The notes under the pieces are model-generated. The model worked only from the letters and a program-made list of their open reading frames with translations, searched no databases and had not been told where the DNA came from. A stretch of 64,000 nucleotides of DNA from Candidatus Krumholzibacteriota bacterium (GTDB lineage: Bacteria > Krumholzibacteriota > Krumholzibacteriia > JAJRXK01): the NCBI GenBank assembly GCA_963764625.1, contig CAVXTH010000009.1:288001-352000 (forward strand), given 5' to 3'. This document shows positions 1 through 9,589 of this stretch, piece by piece. The position numbers and the translations under genes are program-made. Positions within the stretch are counted from its first letter, which is position 1, and every line of letters begins with the position of its first letter.

Positions 1-645
1 ATCCAGCAGCCAGGAAGCGCTGAGCCCCAGTCCCCAATTGGAAAATCCGCGGCGCTGTCGAACGATCTCCGTGCCGCGTCGATGAGAGGTGTCGAGCGCG
101 AAGGTCCAGTATCCCAGTTGGGCACTCAGAGCCATCGTCCCGAAGAACTCGCGCCGGAGCGCGGCGCTGAAGCCCCCGGTCCATTCGTCGATGGGTGCGA
201 AATCGACCTCAACCGGGTCGCTTCCATCCGGTGGGGAAAGAAGCAAGCGTTGCGGAGAATAGCGCATCATCAATTTCCCTCCCTGGACTTGCGCCCAGAG
301 CTGCACGCTCTGCCACTGCAAGATCCGGTAGGCTGCCCGCAGTTCGACGCTGTTCAAACTCACCTGGGGCGAGGTCGGCGCGCTCGCGAGACCGCTTGCC
401 TGTGAGGTCGAGGTGGTGCGCAGGATCAGACCCCCCTCCCACCGCCCGTGCAGAGCGAGGGCGTGCGCGGTCAGCGCGGAATGAGGCCGCACGTCCCAGC
501 GGAAATCGGCCAGCGCATCGTCGTAGACCATGGCGGTGACTCCGGCGCCGAGATCCATGCGCCAGCCCTCGGCCGCCGCGGCGCGAGCGGAACAAAGAGT
601 GAGCGCCATCACAGCTACACTCAGGCTAAGCCCGGTTCCTCTCAT
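1..645 (-). CDS. Putative small outer-membrane beta-barrel protein (runs off the window edge)
   Basis: Not in the ORF track because no stop falls in the window. ATG at 645 overlaps the stop of 642..1277 (ATGA). Translation MRGTGLSLSVAVMALTLCSARAAAAEGWRMDLGAGVT...NWGLGLSASWLLD shows a signal peptide and alternating amphipathic beta strands. Confidence 0.65.
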   Translation of the reverse strand, partial: MRGTGLSLSVAVMALTLCSARAAAAEGWRMDLGAGVTAMVYDDALADFRWDVRPHSALTAHALALHGRWEGGLILRTTSTSQASGLASAPTSPQVSLNSVELRAAYRILQWQSVQLWAQVQGGKLMMRYSPQRLLLSPPDGSDPVEVDFAPIDEWTGGFSAALRREFFGTMALSAQLGYWTFALDTSHRRGTEIVRQRRGFSNWGLGLSASWLLD

Positions 646-1277
646 GGCGTCGCCGCTCCGGGCGCTATGACTTGAAGCTCCAAGCCGCAGCCCAAAATCT
701 CATGATCGCGTGACAGATAGGGAGTCACGATGAGCGTGTCTCTTCCCGTGGGGAGTTCGATTTCGTCCCCTTCCGCCATGTAGAGCAGGAGGAAGAGGCC
801 TCCCATCATTCCCGAATCTGGATACGAAGCGGTCATCGCGTCAGGGACCGAGCCCTGGAAGTCCAGGTCGAAGTCCTGCATCAAATGGTCGAAGCCGGTG
901 ACCGCGCGTGTCGCGCGGCCCGCGGTGACGGAGTTCTCCAGTACGAGGTCGACCTGCTGCGCCTGATCCAGGTCGTGGACGGTGGGGTCCAGGGCGACTG
1001 TTTCCGGCGAAACGTTGCGGCTATAGCGCAACTCGGCGACCAGATAGCCGGTTTGAATCGCGCGATAGGTGATGCGCCCTTTTACGTGCACCGCGATGCC
1101 TGCATCCGATGAGACCGATGCCTGCGATTGCGGCTCGCTTTCGAGCATCTCGAGAAGTGTCCACCGCTTGTCGATCTGTGGTTCTCCGAGACATCCCGAC
1201 ATCGCGGCGAGAATCGCGGCGGCCAAGACCACCGCCCCCGGCTTCCACTTCGCCCTGTTTACGGTCCAAGTCCTCAT
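642..1277 (-). CDS. Hypothetical lipoprotein
   Basis: Basic N-terminus, hydrophobic stretch and lipobox (AAMSGC). AGGAG lies upstream of ATG 1277. Tightly packed in the operon. Confidence 0.7.
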   Translation of the reverse strand: MRTWTVNRAKWKPGAVVLAAAILAAMSGCLGEPQIDKRWTLLEMLESEPQSQASVSSDAGIAVHVKGRITYRAIQTGYLVAELRYSRNVSPETVALDPTVHDLDQAQQVDLVLENSVTAGRATRAVTGFDHLMQDFDLDFQGSVPDAMTASYPDSGMMGGLFLLLYMAEGDEIELPTGRDTLIVTPYLSRDHEILGCGLELQVIAPGAATP

Positions 1278-1286
1278 GATCAACTC

Positions 1287-2936
1287 CTACTTCACCAGGA
1301 CCATCTTGGAGACCAGGGTTTCGTTCCCGAGCTCGAGACGGTAGAGATAGACTCCCGACCCGACCGGGCGACCCTCGTCGTCCTTTCCGTCGAAGATGAC
1401 TTCGTGAATCCCGGTCGAGGCCTGCCCGCTGTGAAGCTGCCGCACCCTGCGCCCGGATGCGTCGTAGACCGTGATGCGATAGAACAGCGCGGGACCGCTC
1501 GGCACCACGAAGCGGATGGCAGTCGAGGGGTTGAAAGGATTGGGAGAGTTCCCCAAGAGGGCGGGTTTGAGCGGAAGACTGGGTCCGCCCGTGCCGCTCA
1601 TCGCGAAGTCGAGCTGCGACTGCGCGGTGATCGATTCGTCATAGCTCGACTGAGCCGTAAGGCGCAGCTGGTAGTCGCCGCTGCTCCACGACGCCACAAA
1701 AGCGTCCTGAGCGAACTCGAGCTCGTGCCGTCCCGCGTCCAATTCGACGGAAGCTAGACTCGCAACGACTCGATCGGTCTTCGGATCGACGATCGTGGCC
1801 TGAACCCGCGCGTGATCGCTCATGGTGAACGAGAAGCTCGGCTGACTGGCGGGAATCAGCGCGGTCTCGCTGATCTCGATGCCAAGGGTCATGAGACGTA
1901 AGCCGCTGTCCGCACCCCATTGTTCCACGACCAGCGCCGAACCCTGACCCGCACCGTACACCGCGCCGGTACGGTGGTCGGTGACCCGCACGTAGGGAAC
2001 GTGAATGCTGCGTGGACGGTGCAGTCCCGCCGTCAACTGGGCCACGGGAAGCATGGTAGGGGTGTACTTGACGACCATGCCCTCCTGCGGTGACGCGGCG
2101 TAGACGTCACCCCACTCGTCGGTGTCGAGCGAGCTGATCATTCCCAGGTTCTGGGGAAGGCTGCCCTCCCAGCTCAGATTGCCGCCCTCATCGCTCAAGT
2201 GCACGATGCGACGATTGTGAGCGTCGGCGACGTATACGTCCTTGGTGCTCGTTCCGGCCTTTCTTCCCACCGTGATAGCCATCGGACCGGCGAAGAATCC
2301 ATTGCCTGAGCCAAGGCTGCCGATGCGCGAAACGGGCTGGGCGTGATCCTTTAGAATGCGATAGGAGACGACTTCGTTACGGCCAGAATTGGCCACATAG
2401 AGCAGGTCGTCGTCCTCTTGCATCGGAGTGCCTCCGTCGGAAAACGCGACGTCGTAGGGAGCGTTCAGACCATCCAGCTCGAAGAGAGGCCTCAGGTTCA
2501 TCTGATCGAACTCGCTGTCTACCGCGAATGCGAGGACGCGATCGTTGCCGGTGTCGGCCACGAAGACGCGCGAGTAGCCATCGGTACTCATGCCATGGGG
2601 CGCACTGAGATGACCGAAGGATCCATCCGTGCCGTCGGTAGCGGAAAGGCCCTGTCCGGACTCACCGTAGAGCAGGCGATTCCATTTGGGGTCGGACACG
2701 ATCTGAAACCACCGGGATTCCAGGTAGGGAAAGCCCTCGTAGATATCGACGTTGCCGACGACCACGGTGGCGTAGGGATCCCCGAAGAGTTGACGTTGAA
2801 CCAGTTCGTTCGCCGTTTGACGGGTCAGCACGTCCACGCCCTGCTGGGCGAGGTACGGAGCAGGCTCAAAAGTAGCGGCCTGTGTGGCGGTGGTCGAAAG
2901 AACCAGCAGGATGAGTATCAAAGCTGTCCGGCTCAT
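1287..2936 (-). CDS. Secreted NHL-repeat beta-propeller protein with C-terminal FlgD-Ig/T9SS-CTD-like domain
   Basis: Signal peptide; NHL motifs (PHGMSTD..RVFVADTGNDRV, YVANSGRNEV, YVADAHNRRI); C-terminus NSPNPFNPSTAIRF...SGVYLYRL...KMVLVK; AAAGGAG before ATG 2936. Confidence 0.8.
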   Translation of the reverse strand: MSRTALILILLVLSTTATQAATFEPAPYLAQQGVDVLTRQTANELVQRQLFGDPYATVVVGNVDIYEGFPYLESRWFQIVSDPKWNRLLYGESGQGLSATDGTDGSFGHLSAPHGMSTDGYSRVFVADTGNDRVLAFAVDSEFDQMNLRPLFELDGLNAPYDVAFSDGGTPMQEDDDLLYVANSGRNEVVSYRILKDHAQPVSRIGSLGSGNGFFAGPMAITVGRKAGTSTKDVYVADAHNRRIVHLSDEGGNLSWEGSLPQNLGMISSLDTDEWGDVYAASPQEGMVVKYTPTMLPVAQLTAGLHRPRSIHVPYVRVTDHRTGAVYGAGQGSALVVEQWGADSGLRLMTLGIEISETALIPASQPSFSFTMSDHARVQATIVDPKTDRVVASLASVELDAGRHELEFAQDAFVASWSSGDYQLRLTAQSSYDESITAQSQLDFAMSGTGGPSLPLKPALLGNSPNPFNPSTAIRFVVPSGPALFYRITVYDASGRRVRQLHSGQASTGIHEVIFDGKDDEGRPVGSGVYLYRLELGNETLVSKMVLVK

Positions 2937-2959
2937 GTCCGGCTCCTTTCTCGGGTCCA

Positions 2960-4108
2960 TCAGAACGACATCTCGAGACCAGTCTCGAAGATGTTCGCGG
3001 TGAAGTTGTTGCTATTGAAGTAGCGTTCGTAGCCCAAGGTGAGGTCGAGATGATCGACGAAGTCGAAACGAGCGAGAAGACGATCGAGGTTCCAGAATAC
3101 TTTTCCCCCGAACAGATGGGCGGTGAACGAGCCGAGTCGGTAGTCGCCCGTCAGATAGCCGTCGATTCCAGAAACGTTTGTATATTCATCGCGATAGAAA
3201 TACGCCGCCTGTTGGTCGTAGAAGCGATAGCGATAGCGGACGATGAACTTGTCGGTGACGTACTGGGTGAGTTTTGCCCCCGCGGTGTGAGAGCGCACTC
3301 CCCAGTCGTCGGAGTAGTAGCGGTAATCGACCTTCAGACTCGAGCGGTTCTTGAGGTACTGACTCAGGTCCACGAAATAGTCGTCGCGTCCACGCTCGGA
3401 AGGATGTCTCTCCGCGACCTTGGTTCCCCCGGCGTAGACGTTCCGGTAGGGGTTGTGCTGGAGGCCTTCCACCGAACTGCGCTCGATGCCGGCGCGGAGG
3501 ACGGTGGTGGGCGTCAGGACTTGCGTGGCGACGAAGCTCCAGTAGAAAGTGTTGCGTTCGCCGGCGATCCCGGCGGTATCCTCGTCACTCAGAGGATGTA
3601 TGCGGTCCCAGGCGTAGTTGAGCCCCACCGCGAGATTCAAGTTCTTGTCGAAGAAATCACGGTTGTAGTTCGTCCAGACCATCTGAGCGTAGTAATCGCT
3701 CTCGTTGGAGACGTAGTAGCCGGCTTGGGCGTGCTTGTAGTCGAGATTGCCCTGAATTTCGTTTCTCACCTTTACGAAGTCGGTGAAGGCGTCTTGCAGG
3801 CTCGAAATGGGACGGCTCGCGGTCGTGATGGCGTCGACGGCTTCCGGACTTCCGACCGGAGCATCCACCGCAGGTACCACGACCGTCTCGTGGTTGAGCT
3901 GCACCACTCCTTCCAGTGAATTGTCCATCTGCAGGTCGTAGCGAAGGTAGTGCGACGACACCGAGACACGATCCACATCGCTGAAAAAGTGGAAAGTGTA
4001 GCTGGCGAGCTGATGCTCGATGCCCGCGCAAGCGCTACCGTACCCCGAGCTCAGAAGCAAGAGGCTCAACGCGGTGCCGACGATGGCGGGGGTCGATCGA
4101 AAGCTCAC
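2960..4108 (-). CDS. DUF3570-family outer-membrane beta-barrel protein
   Basis: Motifs SNESDY, NPYR, ERHPSER, YRYYSDDWGVRSHT, YRFYDQQAAYFY, TGDYRL and a terminal Phe. GTG start overlaps the DUF4266 stop; the ORF-track start at 4327 is over-extended. Confidence 0.8.
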   Translation of the reverse strand: MSFRSTPAIVGTALSLLLLSSGYGSACAGIEHQLASYTFHFFSDVDRVSVSSHYLRYDLQMDNSLEGVVQLNHETVVVPAVDAPVGSPEAVDAITTASRPISSLQDAFTDFVKVRNEIQGNLDYKHAQAGYYVSNESDYYAQMVWTNYNRDFFDKNLNLAVGLNYAWDRIHPLSDEDTAGIAGERNTFYWSFVATQVLTPTTVLRAGIERSSVEGLQHNPYRNVYAGGTKVAERHPSERGRDDYFVDLSQYLKNRSSLKVDYRYYSDDWGVRSHTAGAKLTQYVTDKFIVRYRYRFYDQQAAYFYRDEYTNVSGIDGYLTGDYRLGSFTAHLFGGKVFWNLDRLLARFDFVDHLDLTLGYERYFNSNNFTANIFETGLEMSF

Positions 4109-4320
4109 TTGCACGCGCAGCCCCCACCGGCGCCACCGATGCCCCCCGAGGAACCTTCGCGGGCCTCGAGCCACTTCAGCTCGCGCATTCCTTCGCGGGC
4201 ATCGTAGCTGGAAACCATGATCTGATCGGTCAAGTACTCCTTCTGATACGCCTTCACCGAAGCACAGCCGGTGATGGCGGGCAGAAGCAGTAGGATCGCG
4301 AGCATGAGTCTGCGTCTCAT
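4105..4320 (-). CDS. DUF4266-family small lipoprotein
   Basis: Lipobox ITGC, VKAYQKEYL..M, and C-terminal REGSSGGIGGAGGGCACK. Sits between TlpA and DUF3570, the usual order. Confidence 0.88.
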   Translation of the reverse strand: MRRRLMLAILLLLPAITGCASVKAYQKEYLTDQIMVSSYDAREGMRELKWLEAREGSSGGIGGAGGGCACK

Positions 4321-4910
4321 CGAGCACCTCCGCTCAGGGGCGTGGTTCGTGCCGTGGCCGAAGAAGCCGACGACACCAATCGTTCCACGGTTTTCTCTAC
4401 CGCGTTCAGGGCTTCGTCTCCGCTCTTGCCGGTGACTAACGCGAGCTCACCCGACTGATCCAACACGTAGGTGCAGGGCAGAGAAGGCAGGTTGAGCCTC
4501 TTGGCCAATCCGTCGGGACCGTCGTGATAGACCTCGAGCCCGAGCTTGGCCTTCGTCACGAAGCGGCGTGCGTTGTCCGCTTCGTGATCGATGGAAATCG
4601 CCACGACGCGGGCCCCTTTGTCGAGCCAACGGGCGTTCCACGCGTCGAGTGCGGGCATTTCCTGCTGGCACGGGGCACACCAACTGGCCCAGAAGTTCAC
4701 CACGACCACCTCTCCGCGGTATTCGGAAAGCGAGTGCGTGTCTCCGTTCAAGTCGCGCAAGGAGTACTCACGCAACTCACGAGCCACGTCTTTGGCGTCG
4801 TTCGCAGCGCCGCCGGCCCGCGCGACGGACGAGAGTGGAGGGAGCGTCGAGCTCATCACCAATACGGTCACGAGCAACGCCAGGCGCAGGCTTCTTCCCC
4901 GGTGCATCAC
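4317..4910 (-). CDS. TlpA/ResA-like thiol:disulfide oxidoreductase
   Basis: Signal or TM anchor; [18 protein letters not shown]; cis-Pro loop LPCTYVLD. Confidence 0.92.
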   Translation of the reverse strand: MMHRGRSLRLALLVTVLVMSSTLPPLSSVARAGGAANDAKDVARELREYSLRDLNGDTHSLSEYRGEVVVVNFWASWCAPCQQEMPALDAWNARWLDKGARVVAISIDHEADNARRFVTKAKLGLEVYHDGPDGLAKRLNLPSLPCTYVLDQSGELALVTGKSGDEALNAVEKTVERLVSSASSATARTTPLSGGAR

Positions 4911-4920
4911 GGCCGCGCTC

Positions 4921-6951
4921 CTATTTGTACTGAGCGCCCAGGAGCACCCAGTAGTTGAAGAGTTCGATTTCGGCCGGTGTCAGGGCCTGGGCTCCATCGG
5001 GATGGCTCGGCATTCCGTCGCGTGATCCGGCCCCCATCACGTAGTCGATGAGCAAGGAGTGACGCGGAAACGCGGGGACCACGACCTGATGGTCCATGAG
5101 ATCTGATTCGCCCGAGAGGTTGACGTAGGCCCGGGGAAAGATCTGCATCTCACGCATCAGAGTGTCCGGCGTGGCGCTGAGATCGAGAGCTCCCGGTGGG
5201 GGAATCGTGTCGGTTACTGCCACGATGCTACCGTCGGGCTGCGACTGATCGTAGGTATTGTAGGTCTCGACGTGACAGCTGACGCACTTGGCGGCGACGA
5301 TGGGAGCGATGTCCTTCTCGTAATCGATGATCGTGCGCTGGGCCTCGGGGATGTTGAGGTCGGTGGGCTCCATGGTAGCTGCGATCGGAGTGGGATTGGT
5401 GATGGAGGCAGGTCCCCCCCCACGATCCTCATGACAGCCATGGCAAGTGTCGAAGGTCTCGCCGGGGCGGACTGCGAGCCAGGTCCGTTTCACCACGAAT
5501 CCCCGCCGGCGATCGTCGAGTGTGGCGAAACTGATGGGAGTATCGGCCGGCACCTTGATGGCAAACGAACCATCGCTGTACACCGGGGCGAAGCCGAGAA
5601 GCGAACGCTTCTCGAACTCGTTGGCCGAGAAATCGCTTCTCTCACCGCTCATGGTGGGGCGGGCGGCGTAAACCGCGATTTCCGTGATCGGATCCGATCC
5701 CCGGACCGGCCGCTCCTGTCCGTCCATGGTGCCGCGGTTGAACACATCCTGCGCGATGAAGACTCCGTAGTCCTTGCTGTGATCCACCGTCGACGGCACG
5801 ACCGGGGGCTTGTCATGCGCAGCCAGAAGCTGCGCGTCGTATTCGTTGGTGGTGGGATCGTTGTAGAGGAAGGTCAGGTCGTTTATCGAGATCGTCGCGG
5901 GATCCTCCGTCGTGCCCGAGCCGGTCTGATCCAGAGTGAAGGTGTACAGACCGTAGTCGACGTCGACTTCGTCGGCCGCGGGAAGAGTGTACGAGACCAC
6001 GTAGCGGTTCCCTCCCAACGGGAAGGGATACTTGAACGCGCCAAAGGCCCACGGTGGACCATCGGTGTTCACCTGCGGCGTCAGGACATCCCAGTGAAGC
6101 TCGGTTCCGCCCACCACCGGATCGGCGGGTCCCTGCTCGGGCTTCAGCAGCGCCACGCTTCCCGCGTCTTCGTTCACACGGGTGCTCTCGATGGCGATCA
6201 TGCGACCGTCGGGAGTCGCTTGCGGATGGAAGAAATTGCGATTGTGGGGACCAAAATCGTGGAAGATTCCGGTGCCGTCTGGATTGGCGACGAAGAGGGG
6301 AAAGCGGTTGAAAGTCCCGAAGTGCTCCCACCGCGTATAGAGAATCCGGCCGTTGGGCAGAAGGGTGGGGTCGAAGTCGTCGCTCTGGTTGAAACTCACC
6401 CGCTCCATGTTGTTGCCATCGGCATCGGCGGTATACAGATGCTCGGCCAGCGAGTGGTTGTATTCGTCCATCTCTCCGTCGCGGCTGCTGGTGAACATGA
6501 TTCGTCCGTCGGGGAGATAGAGTGGGTCGTAATCGTGCCCACCTCCGCGCGTGACTTGCCTTAGTCCGGTGCCATCTGCATTGATCTCGAAGATGTTACG
6601 GTCACTGGCTCCGGGCGGGCGCATCGAGAAGAGAATCCTCTGGCCATCGAAGCTCACGCAGGGGTCACTGATGCTGGCTCCGGTGAAGTCGGTCAGATTG
6701 GTGACCTGTCCGTCCGGAGCGATCGGCGACAGCTTGTACAAATTGGAGGAAGCCCAGCTTCGGTTGAGGGTTTCCTCGGCCTCCGTTTTCACGAAGACGA
6801 TGGCTTCGGTGCTCTCCTCCTGGACGAACACGTCCTCGGGCGCGCTCTGCTTGCAACCAGTGGGAAGTATTAGGGCGGCCAAGAAAAGGACGGGCCAGAG
6901 CCTAGAGAGGCCAGTGCAGAAGCGGTCGATACAGTGGGCTTGCGATCTCAT
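4921..6951 (-). CDS. Hydrazine-synthase-alpha-like (HzsA-related) lipoprotein: PD40 propeller plus two c-type hemes
   Basis: Lipobox PTGC; PD40/TolB repeats ([47 protein letters not shown]); HZS-alpha middle-domain signature [13 protein letters not shown]...[15 protein letters not shown]; second heme CVSCH. Confidence 0.8.
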   Translation of the reverse strand: MRSQAHCIDRFCTGLSRLWPVLFLAALILPTGCKQSAPEDVFVQEESTEAIVFVKTEAEETLNRSWASSNLYKLSPIAPDGQVTNLTDFTGASISDPCVSFDGQRILFSMRPPGASDRNIFEINADGTGLRQVTRGGGHDYDPLYLPDGRIMFTSSRDGEMDEYNHSLAEHLYTADADGNNMERVSFNQSDDFDPTLLPNGRILYTRWEHFGTFNRFPLFVANPDGTGIFHDFGPHNRNFFHPQATPDGRMIAIESTRVNEDAGSVALLKPEQGPADPVVGGTELHWDVLTPQVNTDGPPWAFGAFKYPFPLGGNRYVVSYTLPAADEVDVDYGLYTFTLDQTGSGTTEDPATISINDLTFLYNDPTTNEYDAQLLAAHDKPPVVPSTVDHSKDYGVFIAQDVFNRGTMDGQERPVRGSDPITEIAVYAARPTMSGERSDFSANEFEKRSLLGFAPVYSDGSFAIKVPADTPISFATLDDRRRGFVVKRTWLAVRPGETFDTCHGCHEDRGGGPASITNPTPIAATMEPTDLNIPEAQRTIIDYEKDIAPIVAAKCVSCHVETYNTYDQSQPDGSIVAVTDTIPPPGALDLSATPDTLMREMQIFPRAYVNLSGESDLMDHQVVVPAFPRHSLLIDYVMGAGSRDGMPSHPDGAQALTPAEIELFNYWVLLGAQYK

Positions 6952-7019
6952 GCTGCTCTCCTTCTCGCATACATTGGCATGCCGTCATCGGTCACCCCGA
7001 GTACGCAAGGATTTTCGTT

Positions 7020-7688
7020 CTATCGGCCCAGACTCCGGTAGAACGAGAAACCGATGGTGAATTGGCGATAGGTGTAACTGGCACTGCCGGGCCCCAGGGG
7101 ATCCCGGCCGATCACGGAAGTTCCGAGATACTCGCCCCGGATCGCGACATCGTCGCGCAAGTAGAGTTCGAGTCCTCCACCGTAGGTGAAGACATTCTTG
7201 GTGACGGGATCGGCATTGATGGTCCGTCCCGGATAGACCGTCAACATGCCGTAACCCAGGTTGGCGTAAGGCTGGATTCGAAACGCCACGGGGTAGCGCA
7301 ACACCGCGCTGAGATTGTGCAAGAGTCCATGCACGCTATGGGCGGGATTGTGTCCCAAACCGATTTCGTAGCCGAGCCAACGATTCGGGCTGTAGGCGAA
7401 GCGGAACGCGAAGTAGGTCTGCTCTCCCAACTTCCCGTAGGCAGGGCTGAAACTGACCCGGTGAAGAAAGGGCCGCGGTCCGGGGCTGAGTTTCGTGCTC
7501 GCGCCCTCGAGGGCGGGCACGAGATAAGTGCGCTCTTCGTGGCGTGACGAGGAGGTGTCGGTTCCGGCCGCGACGGATGCGTTGCGACTGGACGCGGAGG
7601 CCGCAGGTGTCGCCGCTGCGGCACCGGCCACATCGAAGGCGCTCGCATGGCAGAGCGCGAGGAGCAGAATGCAAGCGCACGCGCTCAT
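7020..7688 (-). CDS. Outer-membrane beta-barrel protein (OmpA/OmpW-like transmembrane domain)
   Basis: ATG 7688 overlaps the stop of 7685..8140. Signal peptide; strands IQPYANLGYG, FTYGGGLELYL, QFTIGFSFY. Confidence 0.75.
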   Translation of the reverse strand: MSACACILLLALCHASAFDVAGAAAATPAASASSRNASVAAGTDTSSSRHEERTYLVPALEGASTKLSPGPRPFLHRVSFSPAYGKLGEQTYFAFRFAYSPNRWLGYEIGLGHNPAHSVHGLLHNLSAVLRYPVAFRIQPYANLGYGMLTVYPGRTINADPVTKNVFTYGGGLELYLRDDVAIRGEYLGTSVIGRDPLGPGSASYTYRQFTIGFSFYRSLGR

Positions 7689-8140
7689 TGCAACTCCCCC
7701 GCGAGAATCCAGGACAAGATGGTTTGATAATCCGTATCCGAAACCGAGGTGAAAGTACTGAGCGCCGAGTCCCCCGCGTGCGCCTCGCCTCCCGCCTCCA
7801 CCGCGAGCGGTTTGAGCAGGAGGGCGCTCGCCTCGCGCTGGCCGAGGTCGACCTGCAGCGAAGCCTGCGCGAAATCGAAGCTCAAATCCTTGGCATCGGC
7901 CGGAGAGAGCTGGAAGGTTCCGCGGATTCCACCCCCATGGCAGCTGGGATTGTCGCATCCGCGGCGGGTGAAGATCTCGTCGACCTGGGTCGAAAACTGG
8001 TTGAAGTCGAGCACGAGCTTTTGCCCTCCCCCGGGAAGCTCTGGGGAAGTGACGGATGCTTCCTTGCACGCGGCGCAGCTCAAGCCAAGCACGCAGCCGA
8101 AGGCCAGGAACTCTCGTCTCAGAATCGAAGGCAAAAACAT
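7685..8140 (-). CDS. Lipoprotein with atypical CX4CH heme-binding motif (planctomycete cytochrome-c-like fold)
   Basis: Lipobox CAAC; GCDNPSCHGGG; SALLLKPLA..H; DYQTILSWILAG. Confidence 0.7.
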   Translation of the reverse strand: MFLPSILRREFLAFGCVLGLSCAACKEASVTSPELPGGGQKLVLDFNQFSTQVDEIFTRRGCDNPSCHGGGIRGTFQLSPADAKDLSFDFAQASLQVDLGQREASALLLKPLAVEAGGEAHAGDSALSTFTSVSDTDYQTILSWILAGELQ

Positions 8141-8198
8141 CCGTTACTCCGCGGTTTGGGCCCCGAAGGAAGCCTCCGGGTCACGCTTACCACCACGG

Positions 8199-8214
8199 TG
8201 CAAATGCCGAACCA
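8199..8214 (-). promoter_or_regulatory. Putative sigma-54 (-24/-12) promoter for the redox operon
   Basis: Minus strand TGGTTCGGCATTTGCA against consensus TGGCACG-N4-TTGCW (GG-N10-GC intact), about 60 nt before ATG 8140. Confidence 0.5.
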
Positions 8215-8240
8215 GCCGCTGTCGGACGCATGGGGGAGGA

Positions 8241-9359
8241 TCAGAACCAGTGCAGAGTCACGCTCTTCGTCGAGTCGGGATGTGGCGTGTAGATGGATCG
8301 TAACGATTTCTCGATCCACACGACGAGGTTTTGGCCTTGATCACGCTGCACGAGGATGCACGAGAGATCATCTCTCCTACTGGCGATAAGGCGCGCGCGC
8401 TCCGTTCCCAGCACGAAGAACGCGGTGGCCCAGGCGTCGGCCAGCATGGCGTTCGGGGCGAGCACGGTGACCGAGGCCATCCCTTCCACCGGCCAGCCGG
8501 TGCGAGGATCAAGGATGTGTCCGTAGCGTTTCCCGTTCGCGCTCACGAATTGTTCGTAGTCGCCAGAGGTCGCCAGGGCGGCATCGCGTACGCTGAGGGT
8601 TCCAAGATTGGGCAACTCGTCGCGCGGATCACGCACTCCGATGCGCCAGGCCACGCGGCCGGGGGGCGCGCCTCGCGCCAGGATGTTGCCCGAGAGATTC
8701 AGGAGATAGTTCTTTGCCCCGAGGGTATCCAGAAGAGCCGCGCTTCGGTCGACCCCGAAGCCCTTGGCGATGCCTCCGAGGTCGAGACGGACGCCCGTGC
8801 CGTCGAAGCGGATCCGCGATTCTTCCTCCTGCAGCTGCACGTGCTGCCACCCGACCCATTGCCGCGCGCTCTCGATTTCGCTTTCGGGCGGCAGGTGGGG
8901 GGTTCCCCCCAGGAAACCCCAGCAACGCACGAGCGGCTCGATGCTGGGATCGAACGCGCCTTCGCTCTGTTGGCTCACCGTCTGTGCCGTGCTGAGGATG
9001 GTCAAGAGCTGTGGCTCCAAGTGGGCCCAGCCGGATCCGGCCTCGCGATTCACCCGAGCGATCTCGCTGTCCTTTGTCCAGTTACTCAGAAGCGAGTCGG
9101 CCTCGTGGAGTCTGAGCAACGCGGGATAGGCGAGATCCGCCGCCACCATTGAATCGGGGCCGGCCAGGTTCAGAGTGGCAAAGGTGCCCATGGTCGAAGT
9201 CGAGAAGGACCAAACCGAGGAATCTGGATGCGCCTCCAGATCGTGCTGCGCGTTCGCGCAGGCGGGCGCGAGAGAAAGGCCGGCGAGGAACCCCGTGACC
9301 AGGAGCACGCGGTTGAGGATTGACTGATTCCGGGCGCTGTCGAAACCGCAGGTGAACAT
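8241..9359 (-). CDS. apbE: FAD:protein FMN transferase (flavin transferase)
   Basis: TMGT, SEIARVN, GAFDPSI.PL, LDLGGIAKGFGVD, ATSGDYEQ, YGHILDPRTG, ADAWATA; GAGGA before ATG 9359. Confidence 0.95.
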   Translation of the reverse strand: MFTCGFDSARNQSILNRVLLVTGFLAGLSLAPACANAQHDLEAHPDSSVWSFSTSTMGTFATLNLAGPDSMVAADLAYPALLRLHEADSLLSNWTKDSEIARVNREAGSGWAHLEPQLLTILSTAQTVSQQSEGAFDPSIEPLVRCWGFLGGTPHLPPESEIESARQWVGWQHVQLQEEESRIRFDGTGVRLDLGGIAKGFGVDRSAALLDTLGAKNYLLNLSGNILARGAPPGRVAWRIGVRDPRDELPNLGTLSVRDAALATSGDYEQFVSANGKRYGHILDPRTGWPVEGMASVTVLAPNAMLADAWATAFFVLGTERARLIASRRDDLSCILVQRDQGQNLVVWIEKSLRSIYTPHPDSTKSVTLHWF

Positions 9360-9589
9360 CGGAGTCCTCGAGGAAGAGGTGTACCGGATCCTAGATGCTC
9401 GGTCGTTTTCCCGCAATCATGGGATGGGTGCCCAGCCGACCCGGCTGCTTCCCTCCGCGCGAGATCTGGCGTACTCTCTTTTCTTACGCGCCTAGCGCTC
9501 GGACTCGCTCGCGCTTTCATTGTATTTCTGATTTATGCAAGGAACCGGCGTCTGGATTCGACTCACACCGTCGATAAGGAACAAACTCA

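Noticed and set aside
4921-6951. True anammox hydrazine synthase
   Set aside because: No hzsB/hzsC or hydrazine dehydrogenase nearby; the protein has a lipobox and an unrelated gene context.
8141-8198. Possible riboswitch (c-di-GMP-like 'AAGCCTCCGG') in the leader of the cytochrome gene
   Set aside because: The match is on the wrong strand and the conserved flanking elements are missing.
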